DNA of 64,000 bases from an uncultured Acidobacteriota bacterium (lineage in GTDB: Bacteria; Acidobacteriota; Thermoanaerobaculia; Multivoradales; UBA5704): positions 1,312,001 through 1,376,000 of the forward strand of contig OY969474.1 in NCBI GenBank assembly GCA_963700145.1, read 5' to 3'. Below are positions 1-9,400 of this stretch, in pieces (positions within the stretch are counted from its first letter, which is position 1; every line of letters begins with the position of its first letter). The notes beneath the pieces were generated by a model. The model was not told the DNA's origin and ran no database searches. It was given only the letters and a program-made list of their open reading frames with translations. The position numbers and the translations under genes were made by a program.

Positions 1-1019
1 GCCTGGCGCGCGACCGCCGCGGCCTGGTGACCCGGCCGACGACCGACGAGGTCTACGAGTTCCGGCGCGGCGTCGACGCGCGGATGGAGGCGCTGATCGA
101 GGAGGTCCCGGAGGAGCGCTTCGAAGAGCTCGCCTTCCTGGTCACCACCGGCCGCCAGCACGAGCAGCAGCACCAGGAGCTGCTGGTCACCGAGGTCAAG
201 CACATCCTCGGCAGCAACGCCCCCGAGCTGCGCGAGCCGTACTGCGGCGCGCGCAAGGACGCCCTCCGGCACGACGCCCCGCCCCCGCCGCACGACTTCG
301 TCCCGATCGCCGGCGGCCTCTACCAGATCGGCAACCTCGACGGCGGCTGGTGCTGGGACAACGAGCTGCCGGTGCACCAGGCCTGGCTCGACGACTTCGC
401 GCTCGGCAGCCGCCTGGTCACCAACGGCGAGTACCTGGAGTTCATGGCCGCCGGCGGCTACGCCGACCCGCTCCTCTGGCTCTCCAATGGCTGGGCGGCG
501 GCGCGCGAGCACGGCTGGGAGGCGCCGCTCTACTGGGAGCGGGACGGTGGCGGCTGGCAGGTGTGGACGCTGGCCGGCGACCGGCCCGTCGATCCCGACG
601 AGCCGGTCGCGCACGTCAGCTTCTACGAGGCCGAGGCGTACGCCCGCTGGCGCGGCGCGCGGCTCCCCACCGAGCGCGAGTGGGAGCGCGCGGCCCGGGC
701 CGCGGGCTTCACGGCCGATGGCGGTAATTTCCTCGAGAGCGGCGCCCTCCATCCGCGGCCGGCCATCGGCGCCGCCGGCGCCCTCCTCCAGATGGCCGGC
801 GACCTCTGGGAGTGGACGACCAGCCACTACGAGCCCTACCCCGGCTACCGCCCGTTCGAGGGCAACCTCATGGAGTACAACGGCAAGTTCATGGACAACC
901 AGCGCGTCCTGCGCGGCGGCTCCTGCGCCACCCCCGCCTCCCACATCCGCCCGAGCTACCGCAACTTCTGGCCCGCCGACACGCGGTTCCAGATGACCGG
1001 CATCCGGCTGGCGCGGTAG
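1..1019 (+). CDS. egtB: Ergothioneine sulfoxide synthase EgtB-like (DinB + FGE-sulfatase domains), 5'-truncated by window edge
   Basis: Frame open to window start (LARDRRGLVTRPT); HEQQHQE iron-binding motif; RLPTEREWE, WEWT, YNGKFM and RNF motifs. Confidence 0.8.
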   Translation, partial: LARDRRGLVTRPTTDEVYEFRRGVDARMEALIEEVPEERFEELAFLVTTGRQHEQQHQELLVTEVKHILGSNAPELREPYCGARKDALRHDAPPPPHDFVPIAGGLYQIGNLDGGWCWDNELPVHQAWLDDFALGSRLVTNGEYLEFMAAGGYADPLLWLSNGWAAAREHGWEAPLYWERDGGGWQVWTLAGDRPVDPDEPVAHVSFYEAEAYARWRGARLPTEREWERAARAAGFTADGGNFLESGALHPRPAIGAAGALLQMAGDLWEWTTSHYEPYPGYRPFEGNLMEYNGKFMDNQRVLRGGSCATPASHIRPSYRNFWPADTRFQMTGIRLAR

Positions 1020-1042
1020 CGCGCCCGCGGCTCGGCCGCGCC

Positions 1043-1071
1043 TTGACATCCCCCGCCCGCATTCGCATGCT
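1043..1071 (+). promoter_or_regulatory. Putative sigma70 promoter
   Basis: TTGACA-17 bp-CATGCT, then AAGGAG RBS before ATG 1092. Confidence 0.5.
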
Positions 1072-1091
1072 TGCGGAAAGGAGCATCACCC

Positions 1092-2033
1092 ATGGCCGCC
1101 AAGTCCAAGGAAGCGCTCGCAAGGCAGGCGCGCTTCGTGTTCGTCGGCACCATCCAGAAGCTGCGCGCCGCCAACCTCGCGGAGATCGACGACAAGGAGC
1201 GGACGGTCGTGGTGCGCGTCGATCGGGTCGAGAAGGGGCCCGAGAGCATGGCGAGCTACGTCGGCCGCGACATCACCGTCAAGCTGGCGCCGCGCGAGAC
1301 CGTGCGCGCCGGCGAGCAGGCCCGCTTCTTCACTAACGGCTGGCTCTTCGGCGAGACGCTGGCGGTCGAGTCGGTGGGCCATGAAGCGGTGGTGCCCGCG
1401 GCGGCGCCACGCGGCCGCCGGGCCGTCGCGGCGGCGGCGCGCCCCGGCGAGACCCGGCGCGGCGTCCTGGCGGCGAGCATCTCCGCCTCCGAAGCGGCCA
1501 GCGAGCCGGCCGCGCGCCTCAAGGCCGCCGCCATCGCCGACCGCGTCGCCAGCGCCGACGTCGTCGTCCGCGGCCGGGTCACCGCCGTGCGGGTGGCGCC
1601 AGAGGAGCGGCCGGCGCCGCGCACGGGCGCGCGGACGCGCGGCGTGACGGCGGCAGCCACCGAGGCGCCGCGGCGGAAGCCGATCACCGAGCACGACCCG
1701 CAGTGGCGGGAGGCGGAGATCGAGGTCGACGAGGTCGAGAAGGGAGGGACGGGGAAGAAGAAGGTCGTGGTGCGCTTTCCCGGCAGCGACGACGTGCGCT
1801 GGTACAAGGCGCCCAAGTTCCAGCCGGGCCAGGAGGGGGTGTTCATCCTGCAGAAGGCGGCCGGGGAGACGGCCGCCCGGCCCGGCGCGCGGCGGGGGCG
1901 CGCGGTGGCCGCCGCCGCGGAGAGCGCGGCCGGCCCGGACACTTTCACCGCCCTCGATCCCGACGACTTCCAGCCGAGCGAGCGCGCGCCCGAGATCCGC
2001 GCCCTCGCCGCGGCCACGGACGAGCCCGAGTAG
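1092..2033 (+). CDS. Hypothetical protein with two related beta-rich (OB/TIMP-like) modules and Arg/Ala-rich linkers
   Basis: RBS GGAAAGGAG; internal similarity FVFVGTIQKL..VRVDRVEKG vs VVVRGRVTAV..IEVDEVEKG. Confidence 0.7.
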   Translation: MAAKSKEALARQARFVFVGTIQKLRAANLAEIDDKERTVVVRVDRVEKGPESMASYVGRDITVKLAPRETVRAGEQARFFTNGWLFGETLAVESVGHEAVVPAAAPRGRRAVAAAARPGETRRGVLAASISASEAASEPAARLKAAAIADRVASADVVVRGRVTAVRVAPEERPAPRTGARTRGVTAAATEAPRRKPITEHDPQWREAEIEVDEVEKGGTGKKKVVVRFPGSDDVRWYKAPKFQPGQEGVFILQKAAGETAARPGARRGRAVAAAAESAAGPDTFTALDPDDFQPSERAPEIRALAAATDEPE

Positions 2034-2042
2034 AGGCACGCG

Positions 2043-3488
2043 ATGGCCGCCGCCAAGAAGAAGCCCCAACCCAAGCCGAAGCCGAAGCCGAAGAAGCCGG
2101 CCAAGCCGAAGAAGCTCAAGGCCGCCGAGACGGCGACGCTCCTGCTGGTCAACATGATCCCCCGCTCGTTGAGCGGCGAGACCGAGCAGGACAGCGAGCC
2201 GAGCCTCGCCGTCGATCCGAGCGACCCGAACCAGATCGTCGGCAGCGCCTTCACCCCCGACCCGCTGGGAGGCGCGTCCGCTCCCATCTTCGTGTCGCGC
2301 GACGGCGGCAACACCTGGGTCCTGCGCTCGACCGTGCCGAGCGAGGTGCAGACCGGGGACATCAGCCCGCGCTTCGGCGGCGGCGGGCGCCTCTACGCCG
2401 GCATCCTCAAGCGCCCGGGGAGCCTGCTGCTCAACATCCTGCGCACCGACGCCGCCGCCGGCACGACGCAGATGAAGGTCGTGGTCAGCCGCGAGCGGGT
2501 CGACCAGCCGTTCCTCGCGGCGGTGGAGCGGGACGGCAAGGACCGCGTCTACGTCGGCAGCAACGACTTCGCGGCGGCCGGCGGGCGCACGGCGACGATC
2601 GACCAGAGCCAGCACGGCGGCGCGGCGACGCCCACCTTCAGCGCCGTGCGGCTGGAGCGGCGGAGCACCGGCAGCGCCGGCCAGAACGGCCCGCAGGTGC
2701 GCCCGATCTGCCATTCCGACGGCACGGTCTACGTCGCCTTCTACGGCTGGCGCAGCTTCGACGACGCCACCGCGGAGGTCACCACCGACATCGTGCTGGT
2801 GCGCGACGACGCGGGGGGGACGGGGGCGAGCCCCTTCGGCGCCCTGGTCGATCCCAGCGACGGTCTCGCCGGCCGGCTCGTCGCCCGCGGCGTGTCGTTC
2901 AACTGGGGCGGGCAGCTCGGCAACCAGCGCCTCGGCGGCGACGTCGCCCTCGCCGTCGACCCGCGCGACAGCGACGTCGTGTACGTCGCCTGGGCCGACC
3001 GCCAGCCGACGACCGGCTACACGCTCCACGTCCGCCGCTCCACCGACCGCGGCGCCACCTGGTCGCCCAGCGACCTGCGGACGGTCGGCTTCGCCACCAA
3101 CCCGGCGCTGGCGATCAACAGCCGCGGACGCGTCGCCTTCCTGCACCAGCGCGTGACCGGCGACGGCGCCAGCCAGCGCTGGGTGACGACCGTCGAGCGC
3201 TCGGACGACGGCATCAACTGGAGCTCGATGATCCTGGCCACGGTGCCGGCCAACTTCCCGGTGCCGGTGTTCCAGCCCTACATCGGCGACTACGCTGGGC
3301 TGGCGTCCGTGGGCAAGGACTTCTACGGCATCTTCTCGGCCAACAACAGCCCCGACATGGCGCGCTTCCCCAACGGCGTCACCTACCAGCGCAACGCCGA
3401 CTTCACCACCCGCCGCCTGCTCGACACCGACGGCACGACGCCGGTGGCGGTGTCGATCGATCCGTTCTTCTTCAAGATCACGGAGTAG
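2043..3488 (+). CDS. BNR/Asp-box (sialidase-like) beta-propeller protein
   Basis: Asp-boxes SRDGGNTW, STDRGATW, SDDGINW; SEPSLAVDPSDPN and IGDY motifs; Lys/Pro-rich N-terminus. Confidence 0.75.
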   Translation: MAAAKKKPQPKPKPKPKKPAKPKKLKAAETATLLLVNMIPRSLSGETEQDSEPSLAVDPSDPNQIVGSAFTPDPLGGASAPIFVSRDGGNTWVLRSTVPSEVQTGDISPRFGGGGRLYAGILKRPGSLLLNILRTDAAAGTTQMKVVVSRERVDQPFLAAVERDGKDRVYVGSNDFAAAGGRTATIDQSQHGGAATPTFSAVRLERRSTGSAGQNGPQVRPICHSDGTVYVAFYGWRSFDDATAEVTTDIVLVRDDAGGTGASPFGALVDPSDGLAGRLVARGVSFNWGGQLGNQRLGGDVALAVDPRDSDVVYVAWADRQPTTGYTLHVRRSTDRGATWSPSDLRTVGFATNPALAINSRGRVAFLHQRVTGDGASQRWVTTVERSDDGINWSSMILATVPANFPVPVFQPYIGDYAGLASVGKDFYGIFSANNSPDMARFPNGVTYQRNADFTTRRLLDTDGTTPVAVSIDPFFFKITE

Positions 3489-3494
3489 CCACTC

Positions 3495-4991
3495 CTAGCC
3501 CAGTACCAGCCGCACGACCAGCCAGCACCACCCCGCCGCGAGGCAGGCGGCGGCGAGGTCGAGGAGAGCGCCGGTGCGGGCCATGCGCGGGATCGTCACG
3601 TAGCCGCTGCCGAAGACGATGGCGTTGGGCGGGGTGCCCGCCGGCAGCGCGAAATCGCAGGAGCAGGCGATGGTGGCGGCGAAGAGGGTCGTGGTCACCA
3701 GCTCCGGAGCGACCGCGTCCTTGAGCACCACCAGCATGACGGCGATCGTGGCGGTGTTCGAGGCCACGGCGGAGAGAGCGACGACGGCGAGGCTGGCGAG
3801 GAGCACCTGGCCAAAGCCGGGGAGGTCACGCACCGCGAGCAGGCGCTGGCCCATCCAGTCCGAGAGGCCGCTCTTCTGGATCGCCGCCGCCATCGCGAAG
3901 CCGCCGCCGAGGAGAAGCAGCGTCTCCCACGGCACCCGCTTGAGCGCCCGGAAGCCGAGGACCTGCCGCCGCGGCAGGCCGGGCGCCGGGCGCATGCGCC
4001 AGAGGAGGAGCGCGAGGGCGGCGAGCACCGCCGTCCCCCCTTCGACGTGCGCCGACGAGAGCTCGAAGGCGTGAACGTGCGGCCGCAGCACCTCGGTCAG
4101 CCACTTGCCGGCGATCCAGAGCGCCGCGGCGGCCAGGAAGACGCCCAGCACCACCCGCTCCGGCCGCTTCACTCGCCCGAGCCGCGCCAGCTCCCCGGCG
4201 ATCACCTCCGCCCCGACCTCGCCGGTCAGCCCGTCGCCGCGGCCGATCCGCCAGAGCATGCCGTAGACGACCGGCAGGAAGAGGAGGACGAACGGCAGCC
4301 CGACGGCCAGGAACTGGAGGAAGGAGATCGACACCCCCAGCCGCTCCATGAAGCCCGAGAACTGCGCGTTGGGGGCGGTGCCGATCTTGGTGCCGATGCC
4401 GCCGACGTTGGCGCCGTAGGCGATCGCCAGCATGATCGCCATGCCGTAGTGGCGGAGGCGCGGCCGGCCGGTCTGCTCCTCGATCTGCGCGATGAGGGCG
4501 ATGCCGATCGGCACCATCATCGTGGCGGTGGCGGTGTTGGAGATCCAGAGCGAGATGAAGGCGGTGGCGAGGAGGGTGCCGGCGAGCAGCCGCCGGGGGT
4601 CGCTGCCGATCCGCCGCATGATGCCGAGCGCGATACGGCGGTGGAGGTCCCACTGCTGCATCGCGGCGGCGATCGCCATGCCGCCGGCGAAGAGGAAGAT
4701 GTAGGGATCGAGGTAGGCGCGCGCGGTCTGCTCCAGGTTCGTGCCCAGGTCCGTGCCGAAGACGCGCGCCGCGGGCCAGAGCAGCAGCGGCACGCAGGCG
4801 GTCCAGTAGATCGGCACCGCCTCGGTCAGCCACCAGATCGCCATCAGCGCCGCGCCGGCGGCGGCGAGCGCGGGGCGGCTCCCCCACTCCGTGTGCTTGA
4901 GCGGCGTGTCGAGAAAGGCGAGGAGGGCGAAGGCCAGGAGCCCGGCGGCGAGGCCGCCGAGCCGCCAGGGCGTCCACTCCCAGCCCTTCAC
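3495..4991 (-). CDS. SLC13/DASS family sodium:anion symporter
   Basis: Multiple TM helices; SLWISNTATA, GTAPNA, SNTAT and PAGTPPNAIV motifs. Confidence 0.9.
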   Translation of the reverse strand: MKGWEWTPWRLGGLAAGLLAFALLAFLDTPLKHTEWGSRPALAAAGAALMAIWWLTEAVPIYWTACVPLLLWPAARVFGTDLGTNLEQTARAYLDPYIFLFAGGMAIAAAMQQWDLHRRIALGIMRRIGSDPRRLLAGTLLATAFISLWISNTATATMMVPIGIALIAQIEEQTGRPRLRHYGMAIMLAIAYGANVGGIGTKIGTAPNAQFSGFMERLGVSISFLQFLAVGLPFVLLFLPVVYGMLWRIGRGDGLTGEVGAEVIAGELARLGRVKRPERVVLGVFLAAAALWIAGKWLTEVLRPHVHAFELSSAHVEGGTAVLAALALLLWRMRPAPGLPRRQVLGFRALKRVPWETLLLLGGGFAMAAAIQKSGLSDWMGQRLLAVRDLPGFGQVLLASLAVVALSAVASNTATIAVMLVVLKDAVAPELVTTTLFAATIACSCDFALPAGTPPNAIVFGSGYVTIPRMARTGALLDLAAACLAAGWCWLVVRLVLG

Positions 4992-5431
4992 TCCCCGGAC
5001 TCGAAGCGGCGGATCGCCTCGCGCAGCTCCTCGGGGAGCGGGACGGCGCGGCCGGCGGCGTAGTCCACCCAGGCGACGACGCCGCTGCCGTCCGCCACCA
5101 CCTCGTCGCCGCCGGCGCGGAAGAGGACGTACTCGTGGCGGAAGCTGCTGCGCCCGACCTCCGCGGTGCGCACCCCGACCTCGAGCGCCGCCGGCCAGTG
5201 GACCTGCCGCCGGAAGTTGAGGGTGGCGGCGACCAGCGCCGGGCCGTGCCGCTCGAGCCGGTAGCGCTCGAGGTCGATCGCGGCGAAGTAGCTCATCCGC
5301 GCCGACTCGCAGTAGGTGAAGTACTTGGCGTTGTTGACGTGCCCCATCTGGTCGACGTCCGCCCAGCGGACGGCGATCGGCTCGAGCAGCCGGAAGGCGG
5401 CGCGCGGGCTCACGGCGGCGGCCTGTCTCAC
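4988..5431 (-). CDS. Acyl-CoA thioesterase (4HBT/YbgC hotdog family)
   Basis: VRWADVDQMGHVNNAKYFTYCESAR motif; 4-bp overlaps with neighbours. Confidence 0.9.
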   Translation of the reverse strand: MRQAAAVSPRAAFRLLEPIAVRWADVDQMGHVNNAKYFTYCESARMSYFAAIDLERYRLERHGPALVAATLNFRRQVHWPAALEVGVRTAEVGRSSFRHEYVLFRAGGDEVVADGSGVVAWVDYAAGRAVPLPEELREAIRRFESGE

Positions 5432-6504
5432 TCCTCGGGGATCTTGGCGCCGAGGTAGGTGGCGGAGCTGATCCCCATGAGCGCGAGGAGCGTGGGGCTG
5501 AAGTCGGGCATCGCCAGCCGGTTGTAGACCGAGACGCAGAAGATGACGCCCGTCACCAGCGTCCAGCCGAGCATCTGGAGGCGGTAGACGCTCAGCCCCT
5601 GGGGGCCGTCCAGGAGGTCGCGCAGGAACCCCTGGGAGGCGGCGACCAGCGGTGCCGCGGGAGGCGGCGGCGCTGCGGGCGCCGCCGCGGCCGCGCCGCC
5701 CTTTTCCTGCTTCCCCTGCGCGATCATCGATGCGCCGAGCGCCGTCCCCGAGCCGATCCCGAGCAACCCCAGCACCGAGCCGGTGATCGTGTCCAGCTCC
5801 TCGGTCACCATCCAGATGAAGACGAAGGCGGCGAGCGCCAGGAAGCTCCAGAAGGCGAGCTGGAAGCGCGCCAGGCTGTAGGGAGCGAGCGCGCCGGCCG
5901 GCGGCACGACGTGCGGATCGCGCAAGAGGGCGGTGCGCCGCGCCAGCCAGACCGCCAGGGCGACCGCCGCGGCGAGCAGCGCGCAGAAGAGGAAGAAGGG
6001 CACCTCGGGCAGCAGCTCGAGGCGGAAGTCACGCACCTTCGTCGGCCACTGCTCGTCGCCCTCCGGGCCGACGCTCAGCGTCACCTGGCGCGTGAAGTCG
6101 TCGGGGCTGCCGAGCAGCGTGTGCCAGGCGGCGTCCGAGTCCTCGGTGCGGTCGAGGAGGAAGCGGACGCGACCGTCTTCGACGGTGCACGACTCGGGAG
6201 GGGTACCGGGGATCGGCACGCCGTCGATGAAGAGGATCAGCTCGGCGCAGCCGTTGGTCACGGCGGCGAGCCCCGCGCGCAGCCCCTCGACCTGCAGGGT
6301 GACGCGCTCGCCGAGGCCGGCCTGGAGCGGCCGGTCGGGGTGGGCGTGCGAGCGGACGCCGACGACGACGGGCGACTTCGCGGCCGGCGCGGCGTCGAGG
6401 TTGTCGGCGGTGTCCTTGATCACCTGCCCGAGCGCCGCCGGCGCGAGCGCCAGCGCCAGCGGCGCGAGTGCCAGCCAGCCCACGGTGGGCCTGCGGATGC
6501 GCAT
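5428..6504 (-). CDS. Hypothetical membrane protein (signal peptide, soluble domain, duplicated TM hairpin)
   Basis: N-terminal signal; repeats SLARFQLAFW..LLGIGSGTALG and SVYRLQMLGW..LMGISSATYLG. Confidence 0.75.
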   Translation of the reverse strand: MRIRRPTVGWLALAPLALALAPAALGQVIKDTADNLDAAPAAKSPVVVGVRSHAHPDRPLQAGLGERVTLQVEGLRAGLAAVTNGCAELILFIDGVPIPGTPPESCTVEDGRVRFLLDRTEDSDAAWHTLLGSPDDFTRQVTLSVGPEGDEQWPTKVRDFRLELLPEVPFFLFCALLAAAVALAVWLARRTALLRDPHVVPPAGALAPYSLARFQLAFWSFLALAAFVFIWMVTEELDTITGSVLGLLGIGSGTALGASMIAQGKQEKGGAAAAAPAAPPPPAAPLVAASQGFLRDLLDGPQGLSVYRLQMLGWTLVTGVIFCVSVYNRLAMPDFSPTLLALMGISSATYLGAKIPEE

Positions 6505-6584
6505 CGTTCTCCTCCGGTTGCGAGCGCGGGGATTCTGGGAGCGCCGCCGGGCGAAGTCAAGGCGCTGCGCTACACTCGCGCGCC

Positions 6585-7943
6585 ATGCGCCGACAGCTCG
6601 GCTTCGCCCTTGCGCTCCCGCTCCTCGGTCTCGCGGTCGCGGCCTCGCCGGCGCCGCAGGCGCAGCCGGCCGCCGCCGGCGGCCGCACGCTCGCCCTCGT
6701 CGGCGGGCGGCTCATCGACGGCTACGGCGGCCGGCCGCTCGAGGACAGCGTCGTGCTCGTCGAGGGCGAGCGCATCGCGGCGGTCGGGCGCGTGGGCGAG
6801 CTGGCGGTGCCGGCCGGCGCGGAGGTCGTCTCGACCGAGGGGATGAGCGTCCTGCCCGGCCTCTGGGACATGCACGTCCACCTGATGATCGTCGGCCACG
6901 CCGACTACGACCACTGGGACAGGACCTACCCGCCGCTCTTCCGCTCGACGATCATGCCCGCGGCGGCGAAGCAGCTCCTCCTGGCCGGCGTCACCAGCGC
7001 CCGCGACCTCGGCGCGCCGCTGGAGGACTCGATCGCCGTGCGCGAGGCGATCCGCACGGGCGCGATCCCCGGCCCCACCCTCTACGTCTCCGGCCCCTTC
7101 ATCCAGCACCGCCCGTACCCCGGCACCGAGGCCTTCCGCTGGGGCGTGGACGGCGTGGCCGACGCCCGCGCCAAGGTACGGCGCCTGGCCGAGGCCGGCG
7201 TCGACCAGATCAAGCTGATCGACCAGGACCAGATGACGATGGACGAGGTGCAGGCGGTGGTCGACGAGGCGCACAAGCACGGCCTCCCGGTCGTCGCCCA
7301 CTCCCATCGCGCCGAAGAGATCCGCCGCGGCATCAAGGCCGGCGTCGACTGCTTCGAGCACACCGGCCTCGGCACCGCCCCCGAGTACCCGCCCGACGTC
7401 TTCGACCTGATGAAGGGACGCGCGAACACCCTCTACTGGACGCCGACGATCGGTCCGCTCCTCCTCTACGACTACACGCGCGACGGTTTCCGCGAGCGCA
7501 TCGACGACCCGCGCTGGCAGGTGGGACTGCCACCGGAGGTGGTGGAGGACATCCGCCGCTCGCTGGCGCCGGTCGATCAGCTTTCCTACTTCCAGTTCGT
7601 CGGCAAGCGCCGGCCCACCTTGGCGCGCAAGTTCGAGCAGCTCCGGCAGTCGGGGATCGTGCTGATGATCGGCACCGACAGCGGCGTGCCGCTCAACTTC
7701 CACAGCGACTCGACCTGGCGCGAGATCGACACCTGGGTCAACACCTTCGGCGTCGAGCCGATGGACGCCATCCGCGCCGCCACCTTCTGGCCGGCGGTGC
7801 ACATGAAGGTGGACAAGGACGTCGGCACGATCGCCGCCGGCAAGTACGCCGACGTCATCGCCGTCCGTGGCGATGTCCTCCGCCACGTCGCGCTGCTCGG
7901 CGACGTCGATCTCGTGATCAAGCACGGGGCCCGGTACAAGTAG
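6585..7943 (+). CDS. Secreted metal-dependent amidohydrolase
   Basis: Signal peptide; PGLWDMHVH, EH, GTDSG and GKYADVI motifs. Confidence 0.9.
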   Translation: MRRQLGFALALPLLGLAVAASPAPQAQPAAAGGRTLALVGGRLIDGYGGRPLEDSVVLVEGERIAAVGRVGELAVPAGAEVVSTEGMSVLPGLWDMHVHLMIVGHADYDHWDRTYPPLFRSTIMPAAAKQLLLAGVTSARDLGAPLEDSIAVREAIRTGAIPGPTLYVSGPFIQHRPYPGTEAFRWGVDGVADARAKVRRLAEAGVDQIKLIDQDQMTMDEVQAVVDEAHKHGLPVVAHSHRAEEIRRGIKAGVDCFEHTGLGTAPEYPPDVFDLMKGRANTLYWTPTIGPLLLYDYTRDGFRERIDDPRWQVGLPPEVVEDIRRSLAPVDQLSYFQFVGKRRPTLARKFEQLRQSGIVLMIGTDSGVPLNFHSDSTWREIDTWVNTFGVEPMDAIRAATFWPAVHMKVDKDVGTIAAGKYADVIAVRGDVLRHVALLGDVDLVIKHGARYK

Positions 7944-7954
7944 GGCGCGGACCG

Positions 7955-8719
7955 TCAGAACCGGGTGGCGGCCGGGCTGGCGGACAGGACGTAGAGGCCT
8001 TTCACCGCCGTCCATCCCACCAGCACCAAGAGCGGCGCGACCGCCCAGCGCAGGCCGCTGCCATAGGCGATCGGGAAGTGGTTGCTCACCATGAAGAAGA
8101 GGAGCGGCACGGAGAGGTAGGTGTTGTGCTTCGACCGCAGGTTCGCGAGGCGCACCGCATCCTCCGGCGGGGCCGTGCCGGCCCGGGCCGCGGCGACGAT
8201 CCGCCGCTGGCTCGGCAGGATCCGCTGCAGGACGTTGTTGAACATGATGGTGCCGAACAGCGCGCCGAGGTGAATGAAGAGCGCGCGGCCGGACATGACT
8301 TGGCCGAGTGCGAACGACGCGCCGGTCAAGAGGACGAACGAGGCGGCGACGCCGAGCCGCTCCCGGCTCGCCAGCGCTCGCCAGAGGAGGTCGTAGACGA
8401 TCCACGCGACCACCAGCGCCCCCACTCCCGCGCCGATCGCGAGGCGTTTCGACTGGTGGCTCTCGACGAGGGCGCCGCCGGCGTAATAGACGATGACGAG
8501 CAGCCCGACGCCCGTCGCGAAGGTCACGACGGCGCCCAAGCGGAACAGAGACAGCGCGCGCGGCATGAGCTCGGGGACCACCTTCTGCCGCGAGTCGGCG
8601 TCGTAGGTCTTGGCGACCTGGGCGTTGACGAAGCCGAAGAACCAGAGCAGGCCGACCCACAGCACACCCGCCACGACGTGCAGCCACCGGAACAGGAGAT
8701 GCAGGGCTTCGCTGATCAA
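7955..8719 (-). CDS. Urate hydroxylase PuuD-like membrane protein (no cytochrome c domain)
   Basis: RWLHVVAGVLWVG, GTIMFNNV and RSKHNTYLSVPLLFFMVSNHFP motifs. Confidence 0.75.
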   Translation of the reverse strand: MISEALHLLFRWLHVVAGVLWVGLLWFFGFVNAQVAKTYDADSRQKVVPELMPRALSLFRLGAVVTFATGVGLLVIVYYAGGALVESHQSKRLAIGAGVGALVVAWIVYDLLWRALASRERLGVAASFVLLTGASFALGQVMSGRALFIHLGALFGTIMFNNVLQRILPSQRRIVAAARAGTAPPEDAVRLANLRSKHNTYLSVPLLFFMVSNHFPIAYGSGLRWAVAPLLVLVGWTAVKGLYVLSASPAATRF

Positions 8720-8788
8720 TCGTTGGCGCTCGCGGTGATCGCTTGGTTGTCCGCTTGGTTGGCGTTCGCGAGTCTAGAATAGCGGCCG

Positions 8789-9400
8789 ATGAACCGCGAC
8801 GACGCTCTCGAGGCGCTCGATCTCCTGCGCCGGGTCGTGCGCGAGACGCGCGACGACACCGTGCTGCAGAACTGGGGCCTGATCTGGATGCTGCACGCCT
8901 GCACCAACGCCGCGGGCTTCATCGCCACCGGCTGGCTGCTCGCGCACGGCGTCCGCACGCCGCCCGTTTTCGTGGCGCTGTGGAGCGCCGTCTGCGGCGG
9001 CAACCTGCTCACCGTGGCGCTGCTGCGCCGGCGGCGCACCGGGGCGCGGACCTTCGTCGAGACGCAGCTCTGGGCGATCTGGACGGTGTTCGTGGCCGCG
9101 GTGAGCGTCTGCGCCTTCGTCAACTACTTCATGGGTCTCGAGACGCTCTTCTTGGGGCCGGTGATCGCCGTGCTGGCCGCCGTCGCCTACGCCTCGATGG
9201 GGTCGCTCATGGGCCGGCACTGGTACGGCATCGGCGCGCTCTTCCTGGTGGGGGCGCTGGCGATGACCCTGGCGCCGAACGTCCAGTTCTACATCCTCGG
9301 CGCCCTCTGGGGCTCGACGATGTTCACCTTCGGCTGGCTTCTCCACCGCGCCCGCCGCCGGCGCGAGCGCAGCGCAGAGGTCCGGCCGCAGATCGTATGA
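8789..9400 (+). CDS. Hypothetical integral membrane protein (~6 TM)
   Basis: Hydrophobic helices; ATGA-coupled to next gene. Confidence 0.7.
   Translation: MNRDDALEALDLLRRVVRETRDDTVLQNWGLIWMLHACTNAAGFIATGWLLAHGVRTPPVFVALWSAVCGGNLLTVALLRRRRTGARTFVETQLWAIWTVFVAAVSVCAFVNYFMGLETLFLGPVIAVLAAVAYASMGSLMGRHWYGIGALFLVGALAMTLAPNVQFYILGALWGSTMFTFGWLLHRARRRRERSAEVRPQIV

Noticed and set aside
1016-1042. GTAG-REP at the egtB stop
   Set aside because: Only a weak imperfect hairpin, with no match to the other REP copies.
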